A stretch of DNA of 60,371 bases, counting the filler. It is 7 parts of 7 records of this genome, joined end to end, with 100 filler letters (N's around TTAATTAATTAA, not from the genome) between each part and the next. Parts side by side here need not be neighbours in the genome. Positions count along the whole stretch, not along the records: positions 37,900 to 45,407 come from SRR31156797_15968; positions 45,508 to 52,065 come from SRR31156797_15976; 5 more parts are not named here. One strand, 5' to 3'. Below are positions 38,170-49,196 of this stretch, one piece after another. Both the position numbers and the translations under genes were made by a program. Position 1 is the first letter of the stretch. Every line of letters starts with the position of its first letter. The notes under the pieces are model-generated. The model was not told where the DNA came from. It searched no databases and saw only the letters and a list, made by a program, of their open reading frames with translations.

Positions 38170-40437
38170 ATGAAAAAATTCTATTTAATAACTACATTTA
38201 TTTTAATTGGTCTGGTTTCTATCGCACAACCAATTTATTTAGGCAACCACTGGTACAATAATGGTCCGAATACAGCTTTTGTAGCAGCAATGGAAATGGC
38301 AACTTCTGATCCAAACATTATTTATCTTGGTGCATTCAACGGAATTATTTATAAGTCTGAAGACAAGGGAGTTACATGGAGCCAATGCAGTACTGAAGGC
38401 TTGCTTGATTATGTTAATTATCCTGTTTCAATGTATCATCCGGGAAATAGATTTTTTGGAGCTTATCATGTTCCATATAGTATTACCATAAATCCAAGCA
38501 ACCCTCAAGAACTATATATTATTTTATATGGAGGAAAGTGCTTAAAATCAATTAACGGAGGCAATAGCTGGGAAAACTACACCAATAGTTTTGGCGACAC
38601 AGCATTAATAGGAGGAATTTCATTTGACCCCAGAGATGAAGATAAAAGGTTAATGTATTTGAAAAATGGTAATGATCCCTATATAACAGGAATTTACAAC
38701 ACAAATAATGGTGGACAAACCTGGACCCGAATTGAAGGTTATGATGATTTTGCAACAGAACAATTCAACAGTTTTTATAGAAACCCCTATTTCCCTGATA
38801 TTATTTATGCCTCTTTTAAATTCAATTTTTATAAAAGTGTAGATAATGGTATAACCTGGACGGAGATACCCTCAGGAAATGTTTTATACAACCAACTATT
38901 CTTTGATCCTGAAGATGATCAAAAAATATGGGCGATTGATAATACCATGTTTTTAGAAGCCTATATTGCGCATAGTGAAGATGGTGGCTATAATTGGACA
39001 TACATTGATATTAATCATCCAACTCATGTCATTCAACCCTGGAGTTTATTTATGGATAATAATCAAAACATTTACTTTGATAATTTTGATCATGTTTTTT
39101 TTAGTTCTGATTTAGGCAATACCCTGGATACCCTGCCATTATTTGATGACAGAGGATTTAATAGTACTTTAAATTTACAATTATCTAATAGCACTTTTAC
39201 AGACCCAACCAATGATAATAAAGTATTTATTGGCAATGCTTTTGGGGTAAACATCTTCGATAATGAAGCATTTACACTAACAGAATCAACAGATCAATTA
39301 AACAATGCATATATTGAAGATATAGCAGTAAGTCACTCTAATATTAATATTGCTTATGCAGCCGGCAAACTTGGGTTATGGAAAACTGAAGATAAAGGAT
39401 TACACTGGAACAGATTAGCAACTGAAAATTTTTACCAGGTAAAAACATTGGGAGCAAATGCTGATACATTATTTGCACTGGCAAAATACAATATTGCGAT
39501 GAGGTCATTCGATGGTGGAGTAACATTTGATACACTCAATGAAAATATCATTCCAGAGAAAATAGCTATAGATTATATCAACAGGATTGTATATGCTATG
39601 GACGAAAATATTTTGTTTAAAAGCTTTGATTTTGGAAACACATGGGAACAGGTTGTAGACTTTGACAATTATGATTTCCCCGGTTTTGTTGAAATATTAA
39701 TAGATCCATCTAATCCTAATAATATTTATATTGGTCGGCACCGTTCTGCAGATGGAGGTGAAAGCTGGAATTTATTCTTCTTTGATTCCTATATACAAGC
39801 CATTGATCCCCAACACTCAAATATTGTATATGCATCTGACAGTGAAGGTGATAATGTATATCAATCAACAAATTGGGGAATTACATTAAACAAAATATTT
39901 GATTCAGATACTCTAAACGGAACTTCAAATAAAATTAAAAACATAAATATTGATCCTAATGATAGTAGCTACATATACTTCGGAACTCTGCTGGATGGCA
40001 TCATCTACAGTCATGACTTTGGTGAGACCTGGCAAAGATTACCGGGCCAGTATAACGATAGAGCTTATGAAATAATTCCGCGCAGAGAGGAAAACTCATT
40101 TTACATAGCCACTTTTGGAGAAGGAGTTTGGGTTTATGATTCTGCATACACTGCTATTCCTGAAACTACTAATTTCACTTCGCGAACAGAAGAATTAATG
40201 GTCTACCCCAACCCTGTAAAAAACACCATCTATTTACAAACAGAATTATCAGGAATAGGCACCATTTCAATTTATAACATTCAAGGGCAAATGATTATGC
40301 AAACAGTCAAAAATTTTGCGAAAGGTCAATCATCTGAACTGCACCTAAAAGATGCGGTAACCCAAGGTGTATATTTTATTGCTGTGGAGATTAATGGAAA
40401 AGTATTAAGCAGAAAGTTCTTAGTTGAAGATTTTTAA
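38170..40437 (+). CDS. T9SS-secreted BNR/Asp-box (VPS10-like) beta-propeller protein
   Basis: Signal peptide; many SxDxGxTW repeats; CTD VYPNPV...GVYFI...SRKFLVE. Confidence 0.88.
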   Translation: MKKFYLITTFILIGLVSIAQPIYLGNHWYNNGPNTAFVAAMEMATSDPNIIYLGAFNGIIYKSEDKGVTWSQCSTEGLLDYVNYPVSMYHPGNRFFGAYHVPYSITINPSNPQELYIILYGGKCLKSINGGNSWENYTNSFGDTALIGGISFDPRDEDKRLMYLKNGNDPYITGIYNTNNGGQTWTRIEGYDDFATEQFNSFYRNPYFPDIIYASFKFNFYKSVDNGITWTEIPSGNVLYNQLFFDPEDDQKIWAIDNTMFLEAYIAHSEDGGYNWTYIDINHPTHVIQPWSLFMDNNQNIYFDNFDHVFFSSDLGNTLDTLPLFDDRGFNSTLNLQLSNSTFTDPTNDNKVFIGNAFGVNIFDNEAFTLTESTDQLNNAYIEDIAVSHSNINIAYAAGKLGLWKTEDKGLHWNRLATENFYQVKTLGANADTLFALAKYNIAMRSFDGGVTFDTLNENIIPEKIAIDYINRIVYAMDENILFKSFDFGNTWEQVVDFDNYDFPGFVEILIDPSNPNNIYIGRHRSADGGESWNLFFFDSYIQAIDPQHSNIVYASDSEGDNVYQSTNWGITLNKIFDSDTLNGTSNKIKNINIDPNDSSYIYFGTLLDGIIYSHDFGETWQRLPGQYNDRAYEIIPRREENSFYIATFGEGVWVYDSAYTAIPETTNFTSRTEELMVYPNPVKNTIYLQTELSGIGTISIYNIQGQMIMQTVKNFAKGQSSELHLKDAVTQGVYFIAVEINGKVLSRKFLVEDF

Positions 40438-40451
40438 CCCTTTAATATACT

Positions 40452-40547
40452 AACCATTAAGCACTTCGACTACGCTCAGTAACCAATATTAAGAATAGTT
40501 AAGAGAGTAAAACAATGGCCTTAATGAATCTTAAAGTCTTAATGGTT
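40452..40547. repeat. Palindromic intergenic element, copy 2
   Basis: Terminal inverted repeat AACCATTAAG...CTTAATGGTT enclosing CTTCGACTACGCTCAGTAACC. Confidence 0.85.
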
Positions 40548-40557
40548 TAAAATAGTA

Positions 40558-43500
40558 CTAATTTGTTTTTACCAGTCTCACCGTTTCATTAAATCCTTCT
40601 GACCGAACTTGCAGCAAATAAACACCATAATTCATCCTGTAAATTTCATTTGTGACTTCACTTAATGGAATAATTTGCTTTCCGGGCAATAAATGTATCG
40701 TTGTTTTACCATATATTTTTCCATCTACACCTGTTAGCATCACTTCGTAATTTGCTTCATGATCTGCCCAAATACTCACAACTGATTGGCTATGAATAGG
40801 ATTTGGAGCTACTAAGACATTTGAGCTATTATTATCGCTAAGCATATCTAAACCTGCCGGATCAATATCGAATTGAATATTCACACTTGAATCACGCCAG
40901 TTGAAATGTACATACAAGAAAGAACCGTTCCAATAACCCGAAGGTAGTGTTTCATTGTAAGTTGATTGAGAACCAACCATCGGAATTTCATAGCCGTTTA
41001 TAGTTAATGTTTCTGGAGCTTCAGCCATACCGTAAACCTGGAATTCCATATGTCTTTCGGGGCTGGCCAAATTATTCTCTACCACCTCCATAGCAATGTC
41101 TGATGTAGTTCCAGTTGTAGTGCCGGTAAAAGTCATTAAGTCATAATTTTCTTCCACTAAATTATCCGTACTTAAACCATCATCGTGATACCAGTTTTGA
41201 GTACTAAGTTGACCATCAGCACACACAAAGTACTTGACATGAATGGAATCACTTTCGTATTGTTTGGTGGACATCAGATCCTCATCTGTTTGTACCACAA
41301 AACCTCCCTGACGTAAATAAACAGGAACTTTGCTTAATGGCGCACTGGCAGATATGGAAGTATTACCATTCCAAACTTCTCCGTTATAATAATTGGCCCA
41401 TTTTCCGTCAGGTAAATATACCAATCTTGAAGTTGCCCCTTCAGCTAACACAGGTGCTACTAAAACATCTTTTCCCCACAAAAACTGATCTTTTAATGCA
41501 TCCAACACACTTGGTTGATTAGTATAATAATTCATGGGCCTTGCTAATGGAATACCAGTTGTAGAATACTCCCAGGCTAATGTGTAATTATACGGAAGAA
41601 AATCATAACGCAACTTAATGGCCTCACGCACATAATTTTGCGTTTGTTGGTCGTAGTAAATTGGCTCAGTAGGTACACCATGACCATGCGCTCTCATGAT
41701 GGGTGAGAAAGTTCCCAGTTGTAACCAGCGTGTATATAACTCACTATTTTGTCCACCTCCTGTAAAACCGCCAAGATCAGAGTGCATGTATCCAATTCCA
41801 CTCATGCTCATATGCAGCATTATAGAAATTTGTGATTGCAATCCTTCAAAACTTCGCTGAATATCGCCTGACCATGGATAGGTTCCAAAACGTTGCATGC
41901 CCGTATAACCAGAACGAGTCAGGTTAAACATACGACGCTCCGGATAGGTCGTTTCAAAGTTTTCGAATATCATTTCTGCCCAAAGGTTATTGAAAATATT
42001 GTGCACATCGGCCGAACCTCCACCTTCATGAATCATTTCTGCAGGATGCGATTCCGGTTCGCCTAAATCGGTCCATAAACCTCCAATATTTTGATTTAAC
42101 AGACTTTCGTATTTTGGCCATAACCAATCACGAGCCGATTGAGAGCTCATATCAAATAAACTGGCGTCACCAGCCCAGAAACCCCACAACACAAATGGGT
42201 CACCATTTTCTTGTTCGGCAAAATGGCCCAGAGATGCTATATCAGCATAATGATCGCTTTCCAAAGTAAAATAAGGCTCTGTAATTAAAATGGTTTCAAC
42301 TCCCTGATTGAGTAGGGTGCTAATCATTTGATCCGGATTAGGAAATCGGCTCAGATCCCAATTGAAATCACCCATACGATTCGTACCACCAAACCAATAT
42401 AAATCTAAGACCAATGCATCCATTGGAAAATCGGCATCTCGCATTTGTGAAACAACAGACTCAGCCTCAGATTGCGTTTCATAACCAAAACGAGACTGGA
42501 TGAAACCCATTCCCCACATTGGAGGCATAGGAGCCTTTCCTGTTAAAGCAGATATTTTTGTTGAAATTTCAGGTAAATCACTTCCAGCAGTTACGAAATA
42601 CCTCAAATTACCACCTGAAGTTTGATAATTAAAGTCAGAAAGTCCTTCCCCACTAATAGCAACCGAACCGGGATGATGATTATCAAAAATCCAGGCTACT
42701 TTGTCTGATGAAACAAAAACAGGAATACTTACATTCAAATTATTTTGGTAATTGCTATAACCATAATGTGGTTGATTATATAATTGCAGTGTATAACCTC
42801 TAAGATTGAATGGAACAGCTCGTGAACCACCACCGTATAATTTAGCATCTTCATCGATATCTAAAGTTAGAATACCTCCATTACCATTATCTGATGTAAA
42901 AAAGCTTTTAAGGGCAGTAACAGTATCATTTTTTACATAAAAAACTTTCAATGGTGATTTCTGAATAATTAAATCCATATTTTGTCCATCAGCATTCAAA
43001 TTTGACTCTGTTTCGCTCACTGTAAATTCAGCGCCAAAAAAACTATAATCAATGGCATAACTGGGCTCTGAAGTATTTCCATCAGGTAGTATTTCCGTTT
43101 CTATTGCATTACCAAAATCCCTTAAAATTATTTGCCCACCAGACGTTGTAATAACTAACCCGCTTGTTGAATTAGTAAATGATTGATATTCCCACTCTGA
43201 ATTTAATTGCAATGGAATGATGATATCTGAACCATCGGCATTTCGGGCAGTAACAGATCCATCTACATTTCGAAAAACATAGGCAAGCCTTAATACCGTT
43301 TCATCAGCACCAATTCCATAAAAAGATTGAATATGATAGGTAATGGAATATAAATTTGGTTCAATCCTGGTCATTAATACATCCGGATCAGCAGAACCCC
43401 AATCGGCAACCACATGTTTCCAGTCAGTATTGCTCGCACTCTCTGTGGTTATAACGCCTGTGTGCACATACACATCATCAGTAAAATCCATCAACCCCTG

Positions 43501-43632
43501 ATCGCCCTGTGTGGCATCAAAATATACTGTAATTATTGAATCAACTGTAGCATCGGATGGATCGATCCAAACCACTTGTGCATTTAATAAACCAGTGATA
43601 AAAAAAGCCGATAAAAGTAAAATAGTACGCAT
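40558..43632 (-). CDS. GH31 alpha-glucosidase, T9SS-secreted, with N-terminal carbohydrate-binding-like domain
   Basis: SRFGY, LDLYWFG, WTDLGEPE (nucleophile), WSGD, HSDLGGF, VLVAPV; CTD APNP...VRLVK. Confidence 0.92.
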   Translation of the reverse strand: MRTILLLSAFFITGLLNAQVVWIDPSDATVDSIITVYFDATQGDQGLMDFTDDVYVHTGVITTESASNTDWKHVVADWGSADPDVLMTRIEPNLYSITYHIQSFYGIGADETVLRLAYVFRNVDGSVTARNADGSDIIIPLQLNSEWEYQSFTNSTSGLVITTSGGQIILRDFGNAIETEILPDGNTSEPSYAIDYSFFGAEFTVSETESNLNADGQNMDLIIQKSPLKVFYVKNDTVTALKSFFTSDNGNGGILTLDIDEDAKLYGGGSRAVPFNLRGYTLQLYNQPHYGYSNYQNNLNVSIPVFVSSDKVAWIFDNHHPGSVAISGEGLSDFNYQTSGGNLRYFVTAGSDLPEISTKISALTGKAPMPPMWGMGFIQSRFGYETQSEAESVVSQMRDADFPMDALVLDLYWFGGTNRMGDFNWDLSRFPNPDQMISTLLNQGVETILITEPYFTLESDHYADIASLGHFAEQENGDPFVLWGFWAGDASLFDMSSQSARDWLWPKYESLLNQNIGGLWTDLGEPESHPAEMIHEGGGSADVHNIFNNLWAEMIFENFETTYPERRMFNLTRSGYTGMQRFGTYPWSGDIQRSFEGLQSQISIMLHMSMSGIGYMHSDLGGFTGGGQNSELYTRWLQLGTFSPIMRAHGHGVPTEPIYYDQQTQNYVREAIKLRYDFLPYNYTLAWEYSTTGIPLARPMNYYTNQPSVLDALKDQFLWGKDVLVAPVLAEGATSRLVYLPDGKWANYYNGEVWNGNTSISASAPLSKVPVYLRQGGFVVQTDEDLMSTKQYESDSIHVKYFVCADGQLSTQNWYHDDGLSTDNLVEENYDLMTFTGTTTGTTSDIAMEVVENNLASPERHMEFQVYGMAEAPETLTINGYEIPMVGSQSTYNETLPSGYWNGSFLYVHFNWRDSSVNIQFDIDPAGLDMLSDNNSSNVLVAPNPIHSQSVVSIWADHEANYEVMLTGVDGKIYGKTTIHLLPGKQIIPLSEVTNEIYRMNYGVYLLQVRSEGFNETVRLVKTN

Positions 43633-43840
43633 ATTTTTTGAATTATATTCAATGAGTGGCTGAAGATATAAAAATATATCTTGTTAGAACCTTTCAGATT
43701 TTACTCAAAAGAGTTAAAAATGTTTCATAATACCGACCGAAAACGATTGATATCCTTAATTGTATGTTAATAGTCAAAAAAGTAAAAACATTTAACGTTA
43801 TCCTAAGGTTAAAATTCAGGAACATTAATACTTTTATGCA

Positions 43841-44260
43841 ATGAAAATCAATCAGAAAACATCATTAAACTATATCCACACCGGGCTGTTGGTTATACGA
43901 ATAGGAATAGGAATTATGTTTATTTTACATGGTTTTCCAAAGTTATTTGGTGGTGTTGATACATGGACTACAGTTGGTGGTGCAATGAAAACCATCGATA
44001 TTGATTTTCTCCCTGCTTTTTGGGGATTTATGGCTGGTTTTGCTGAAGTAATAGGTGGTTTATTACTTATTCTTGGTTTAGCATTTGTGCCATCTGCCCT
44101 CATGTTGGCTTTTACGATGCTCATTGCGTTTTTGAAACATTATACCGGAGGAGATGGATTTATGGGATCTGCTCATCCATTTGAATTAATGATTTTGTTT
44201 ATCGGGCTAGCCATTACAGGCCCTGGGAAATATAGACTCTCAACGCTGATTGTAAAATAA
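43841..44260 (+). CDS. DoxX family membrane protein
   Basis: GLLVIRIG...HGFPKL...AEVIGG...GPGKY. Confidence 0.88.
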   Translation: MKINQKTSLNYIHTGLLVIRIGIGIMFILHGFPKLFGGVDTWTTVGGAMKTIDIDFLPAFWGFMAGFAEVIGGLLLILGLAFVPSALMLAFTMLIAFLKHYTGGDGFMGSAHPFELMILFIGLAITGPGKYRLSTLIVK

Positions 44261-44348
44261 AAGAGAAAGTTTTTTATTCATTATTCATGTTGATTTGAGT
44301 TATTTTTGCAAAACAACCTATAACTAAACATTTTAAAATTTAAGCATT

Positions 44349-45407
44349 ATGCCAAACATTCGTTTTAAAGCCTTAGAGCAGATTATGCAGGATAAACATA
44401 CACCTGTTACTGCTGAGTACAAAAAAGTATCGGAATACTTCGCCCGTGCGGTTTTTACCCATGAGAAAATGCAAAATTATTTATCACAAAAGGCTTATAA
44501 CGAATTTCAACAATCTATCCAACAGAATACTCCAATTACTGAACAGTTAGCAGATCAAATTGCTTCAGCCATGAAAGGTTGGGCTATGGAGCAGGGAGCC
44601 ACACATTACACGCACTGGTTTCAACCGTTGAATGGAGCTACTGCTGAAAAACATGATGCCTTTATTGATTTCGCCACAGGTGATCATCACCTTGAGCGCT
44701 TCTCCGGAAAATTGTTAGTACAGCAAGAACCAGATGCATCGAGTTTCCCAAGTGGAGGTATGCGTAATACATTTGAAGCACGAGGATATACGGGCTGGGA
44801 CCCTACTTCACCAGCTTTTATTATTGATGGAACATTATGTATCCCTACTGTATTTATCTCATACAAAGGCGATTCGCTTGATTTCAAAACACCTTTACTT
44901 AAATCACAAAGAGCAATTAGCGATGCCGCTGCTAAAATTTGCAGATTATTTGACCAAAATGTTTCCCAGGTAAAAGTTACTTTAGGATGGGAACAAGAAT
45001 ATTTCCTTGTTGATGAAAGGCTTTACATGGCTCGTCCTGACTTGCACTTAACAGGTCGTACACTAATGGGACATGCCTCTGCTAAAGATCAGCAAATGGA
45101 AGATCACTACTTTGGCAGCATTCCAAGTCGTGTGATGACTTTTATTCAGGACTTCGAACAGCAAGCACATTTATTGGGAATTCCAGTAAAAACGAGACAC
45201 AACGAGGTGGCACCCGGGCAATTTGAATGTGCTCCAATGTTCGAAGAAGTGAATTTAGCGGTTGATCACAACCAGCTAGTGATGGACCTGATGAAAAAAG
45301 TGGCCAGGAAGCACAAATTCCGTGTTTTATTACACGAAAAACCTTTCCAGGGTGTGAATGGGTCAGGAAAGCACAATAACTGGTCATTAATGACTGATAC
45401 AGGTGTT
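44349..45407 (+). CDS. Glutamine synthetase type III (3'-truncated)
   Basis: THYTHWFQP, AEKHD, EPDASSFPSGG, GWEQEYFL, HNEVAPGQFE, GVNGSGKHNNWS. Confidence 0.95.
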
Positions 45408-45508
45408 NNNNNNNNNNNNNNNNNNNNNNNNNNNNNNNNNNNNNNNNNNNNTTAATTAATTAANNNNNNNNNNNNNNNNNNNNNNNNNNNNNNNNNNNNN
45501 NNNNNNNC

Positions 45509-46999
45509 AAGGACATGGTCAAGTGGGCTTTTGAGCTTTCCGAAGAGTTGGGCGGCCTGGTCATGGTCAGGAGCGTGACCCGGCTTTCTCATGCCAGCGG
45601 AAACGTGACCATGGGGGCTTTGCCGGAAGACAAGCGTCAGGCCTTTTTCAAGCATGACGGATTTATTCTTGACCATAAGGAAGGGGCTGTTATAAGCGCT
45701 CCAGTGGATTACAAGCATGGTCTTCAACAGGAGAGGTTGAAGAAGGCCGCGGCCTTGTTTGAAGATTCGCCGTTTAATACTTACACCGGGCCGGAAAAGC
45801 CGGAAGTCCTTATTATTACATCCAGCGCCTGTAACCTTTATTCCAGAGAGGCTGTGAACATCTTGGGAGTGGAAGACAGGGTCGGCCTTTTAAAGCTGGG
45901 AACAACCTGGCCGCTGCCGGGTAATCTGGTTGAAAAGCGTTTGCAGTCCACGGACAAGATTCTTGTTGTTGAAGAGGTCATGCCTTTTCTTGAAGAGAAT
46001 ATAAAAGTGCTGGCCGCTGAGCGGGCTGCATCCGTTGGTGTGAAGCAGTTTTATGGAAAGAATGACGGCTCGATTCCCTCGGTGGGGGAATTGAATCCTG
46101 ATATTGTGGTCTCGGCCCTGGCCAATATTCTGGGCCTGGATTACAAGCCGGCGCCGGATGACTATGTTAAGCGGGGTATGGAAATCGCCTTTTTCGGGGC
46201 GCCGGCAAGGGATCTGACTTTCTGTCCGGGTTGTCCTCACCGGGCGTCTTTCTGGTCGATTCACAACGCCCTCGAACTGGACAACCGGAAGGGCTTTGTT
46301 TGCGGCGACATTGGCTGCTATTCCATGGCCACCCTGCCGTCCGGGTTCAGTACTTTAAAAACCCTGCATGCCATGGGATCGGGAACAGGCGTGGCCTCGG
46401 GCTTCGGCAAGCTCGATAAGTTCGGCATGGATCAGCCGATTGTTTCCGTTTGCGGGGATTCCACGTTTTTCCATGCAGCCATGCCGGCGCTGGTTAACGC
46501 GGCCCACCATAAGTCGCCCATCACCATGGTTGTATTGGACAACAGCGGCACGGGCATGACCGGTTTTCAGTCTCATCCGGGACTGCCGGTGGATGCTTGC
46601 GGCAATGAGTCGCCCGCCATTGATATTGAAGCTGTTTGCCGGGGGATCGGGGCGCACGTAGAGGTTTGCGATCCGTTCGACATATCCGCGACCCAGGCGA
46701 CTTTGTTGAATCTGGTTGATAAAAAGGAAGGGGTCAAGGTGCTGATACTCAGGCAGATTTGCGCATTGAGTCCGGAAAAGAAAGCCGGCAAAATGTTTGA
46801 GATGTCGGTTAACAAGGATTTATGCCTTGGTGAAAACTGCGGCTGCAACCGCTTGTGCACCAGGGTTTTCAAATGCCCGGGGCTGATCTGGGACGCGGTA
46901 ACGAAAACAGCCCGGATAGATGAAGTCATATGCGCCGGCTGCGGCGTGTGCGCCTCTATTTGTCCTGCCGGCGCGATCGATCGAAAGGAGGCGGCCTGA
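45509..46999 (+). CDS. iorA: Indolepyruvate:ferredoxin oxidoreductase alpha subunit (5'-truncated)
   Basis: FCPGCPHR, GDIGCY, GDSTFFH, LDNSGTGMTGFQ, C-terminal ferredoxin CAGCGVCASICP. Confidence 0.92.
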   Translation, partial: KDMVKWAFELSEELGGLVMVRSVTRLSHASGNVTMGALPEDKRQAFFKHDGFILDHKEGAVISAPVDYKHGLQQERLKKAAALFEDSPFNTYTGPEKPEVLIITSSACNLYSREAVNILGVEDRVGLLKLGTTWPLPGNLVEKRLQSTDKILVVEEVMPFLEENIKVLAAERAASVGVKQFYGKNDGSIPSVGELNPDIVVSALANILGLDYKPAPDDYVKRGMEIAFFGAPARDLTFCPGCPHRASFWSIHNALELDNRKGFVCGDIGCYSMATLPSGFSTLKTLHAMGSGTGVASGFGKLDKFGMDQPIVSVCGDSTFFHAAMPALVNAAHHKSPITMVVLDNSGTGMTGFQSHPGLPVDACGNESPAIDIEAVCRGIGAHVEVCDPFDISATQATLLNLVDKKEGVKVLILRQICALSPEKKAGKMFEMSVNKDLCLGENCGCNRLCTRVFKCPGLIWDAVTKTARIDEVICAGCGVCASICPAGAIDRKEAA

Positions 47000-47619
47000 T
47001 GGAAAATGCGCTGTTAACAACCGATCCTTATAATGTTATCATCACCGGAGTCGGAGGCCAGGGGAACGTGATGGCTTCCAGGATTCTGGGCAAAATGCTT
47101 TCTCTTAAGGGGCTTGACGCTGTTATCGGCGAGACTTTTGGGGCCAGCCAGCGGGGCGGTTCGGTCATGAGTCACCTGCGGATATCGTCAGAAGGGGGCT
47201 GGAGTCCGCAGATACCCAAAGGGCGGGCTCACATGGTCGTGGCTTTGGAGCCGATCGAAGCCCTGAGGGTGCTGAAGGATTACGGCGCCCCGGAGACAAT
47301 GGTCATATGTAATTCAAGGCCAATACACTCGGTCGGGGTGATTTGCGGGGAGCATAATTATCCCTCTTTTGACGACATAACCAAGTGGCTGGAGGAAATG
47401 ACGGTCGGCCATTGGTTTATCGGGGCCACGGATGAGGCCATGAAACTGGGACATCCCATATTCGGCAACATCATATTGATCGGCGCTTTGGCCGGCGTCG
47501 GGGTATTGCCTTTGGACAGGGGGGACTTTGAAACAGTGCTTTCCCAGACCATGTCGGCCGATAAGGTAGAGGTGAATTTAAAGGCGTTTGATATCGGGAC
47601 GGCCATGACCGCGTCCTGA
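46999..47619 (+). CDS. iorB: Indolepyruvate oxidoreductase beta subunit
   Basis: GVGGQG, GASQRGGSVMSHLR, LEPIEALR, NLKAF. Confidence 0.92.
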   Translation: MENALLTTDPYNVIITGVGGQGNVMASRILGKMLSLKGLDAVIGETFGASQRGGSVMSHLRISSEGGWSPQIPKGRAHMVVALEPIEALRVLKDYGAPETMVICNSRPIHSVGVICGEHNYPSFDDITKWLEEMTVGHWFIGATDEAMKLGHPIFGNIILIGALAGVGVLPLDRGDFETVLSQTMSADKVEVNLKAFDIGTAMTAS

Positions 47620-47652
47620 AAGAGGAACTATTCAGTTGGAAGGGAGGCGCCC

Positions 47653-47919
47653 TTGAAACACAACGCAATTATCATTAATCCCGGGGATAATGTGGCCATA
47701 GCTCTTGCGGATATTAAAACCGGCGAAGACGCGGTTTTAACTGACGGAAGAGTTGTCAAGGCTCTTACCGATACTTCCTACAGCCACAAGATACTCCTGG
47801 AGGACGTCCCGGTCGGAGGGGATATCAGGAAATACGGCGAAGTAATCGGCCAGGCCTTGCACGATCTGAAGGCCGGTGAATGGGTCCACATTCACAACAT
47901 GGATGTTGAAGGAGAATAG
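47653..47919 (+). CDS. SAF-domain small subunit of UxaA/SuyA-type lyase
   Basis: DNVAIAL, HKI, KYGEVIG, GEWVHIHN; TTG start with GGAGG RBS. Confidence 0.88.
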   Translation: MKHNAIIINPGDNVAIALADIKTGEDAVLTDGRVVKALTDTSYSHKILLEDVPVGGDIRKYGEVIGQALHDLKAGEWVHIHNMDVEGE

Positions 47920-47921
47920 TT

Positions 47922-49082
47922 ATGGATACATTTAACGGTTATGAAAGACCGGACGGATCCGTAGGCGTTCGAAACCATGTTGTAGCCGTGCCTTCGGTGT
48001 CGTGCGCGAACGGCGTTGTCGCGGCCATTGCCCGGGAAGTTCCCGGAGTGGTCCCGCTGTTCCATGGCAATGGCTGCGGTAGAGGCGGGGCCGACCTGGA
48101 ATTGCACAGCCGGACATTGCAGAACATCTGCAGGAATCCCAATATAGCCTCGGTAATCGTGGTCGGGCTCGGCTGCGAAGTAATAAACGCCGAGGGCATG
48201 GCCATGGCCTCGGCTTTCAGCCACAAACCGGTGGAACGGATTATGATCCAGGACATCGGCGGTTCTCAAAAAGCGGCGGCCGCCGGAGTGGAAAAAGCCC
48301 GGGAATTCCTGGCGGCCGCGGGCAGGATGGAAAGAAAACCGTTTCCTCTGGATATGTTGACCGTTGGCCTGGAATGCGGCGGGTCCGACGCCTTTTCAGG
48401 GGTTACGGCCAATCCGGCCGTGGGCGCTGCTTCGGACATGTTGGTTGACGCCGGCGGGACCGTTATATTAACCGAGACCACGGAAATGATCGGCACGACG
48501 CACATTCTGCAAAAAAGGGCGGCCAATGAAGAGGTCGCGGCCAGGATTGACGATATTATTTCGGCAACCGAAGCTAAAACCCATGACGTGCTCGGTCCTT
48601 TGGCCAAGATGGTGATTGCGCCCGGCAACATGGACGGAGGCATGAGTTCTATCCGGGAAAAGGCTCTTGGCTGTATTGTCAAGGCCGGAACTCGCCCGAT
48701 TTCCCAGGTAGTGGATTATGGAGAGAAGCCGACTGAAAAGGGCGTGGTCATAATGCATGGCCCCGGTTATGACACCGAATCCATGACCGGTTTGGCCGCG
48801 GGCGGGGCGCAGATAATAATATTCACCACCGGGCGGGGTAATCCCATCGGATTCCCGATGGTTCCGGTGATCAAGGCGGCCAGCACATCGGGTATGTATA
48901 ATAAACTGTCGGACGACATGGATGTGAACGCCGGCGTGATACTTGACGGCGGGTCCATTGAGGAATTGGGCGCCGAAATATTCAGCCTGGTTAAGCGTAC
49001 GGCCGACGGCGACTTGACCAGGGCCGAGGTAAATCAGCAGAACGGCATATTATGCATCTATACGACTAATACTTCTTTTTAA
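47922..49082 (+). CDS. UxaA/GarD/SuyB family dehydratase or sulfo-lyase, large subunit
   Basis: GYERPDGSVGVRNH, HGNGC, GLGCE, ECGGSDAFSGVTANP, FTTGRG, DMDVNAG. Confidence 0.92.
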   Translation: MDTFNGYERPDGSVGVRNHVVAVPSVSCANGVVAAIAREVPGVVPLFHGNGCGRGGADLELHSRTLQNICRNPNIASVIVVGLGCEVINAEGMAMASAFSHKPVERIMIQDIGGSQKAAAAGVEKAREFLAAAGRMERKPFPLDMLTVGLECGGSDAFSGVTANPAVGAASDMLVDAGGTVILTETTEMIGTTHILQKRAANEEVAARIDDIISATEAKTHDVLGPLAKMVIAPGNMDGGMSSIREKALGCIVKAGTRPISQVVDYGEKPTEKGVVIMHGPGYDTESMTGLAAGGAQIIIFTTGRGNPIGFPMVPVIKAASTSGMYNKLSDDMDVNAGVILDGGSIEELGAEIFSLVKRTADGDLTRAEVNQQNGILCIYTTNTSF

Positions 49083-49196
49083 AAATATGGAGGCCGGACC
49101 TCGTTTATTATTGGACGGACGGGTCGGCTCTATATTAATATTTCCGGTTATGACGAAGGGAAAGCGGATTATGGAAGTTAAGGCGCTGGTATTGTT

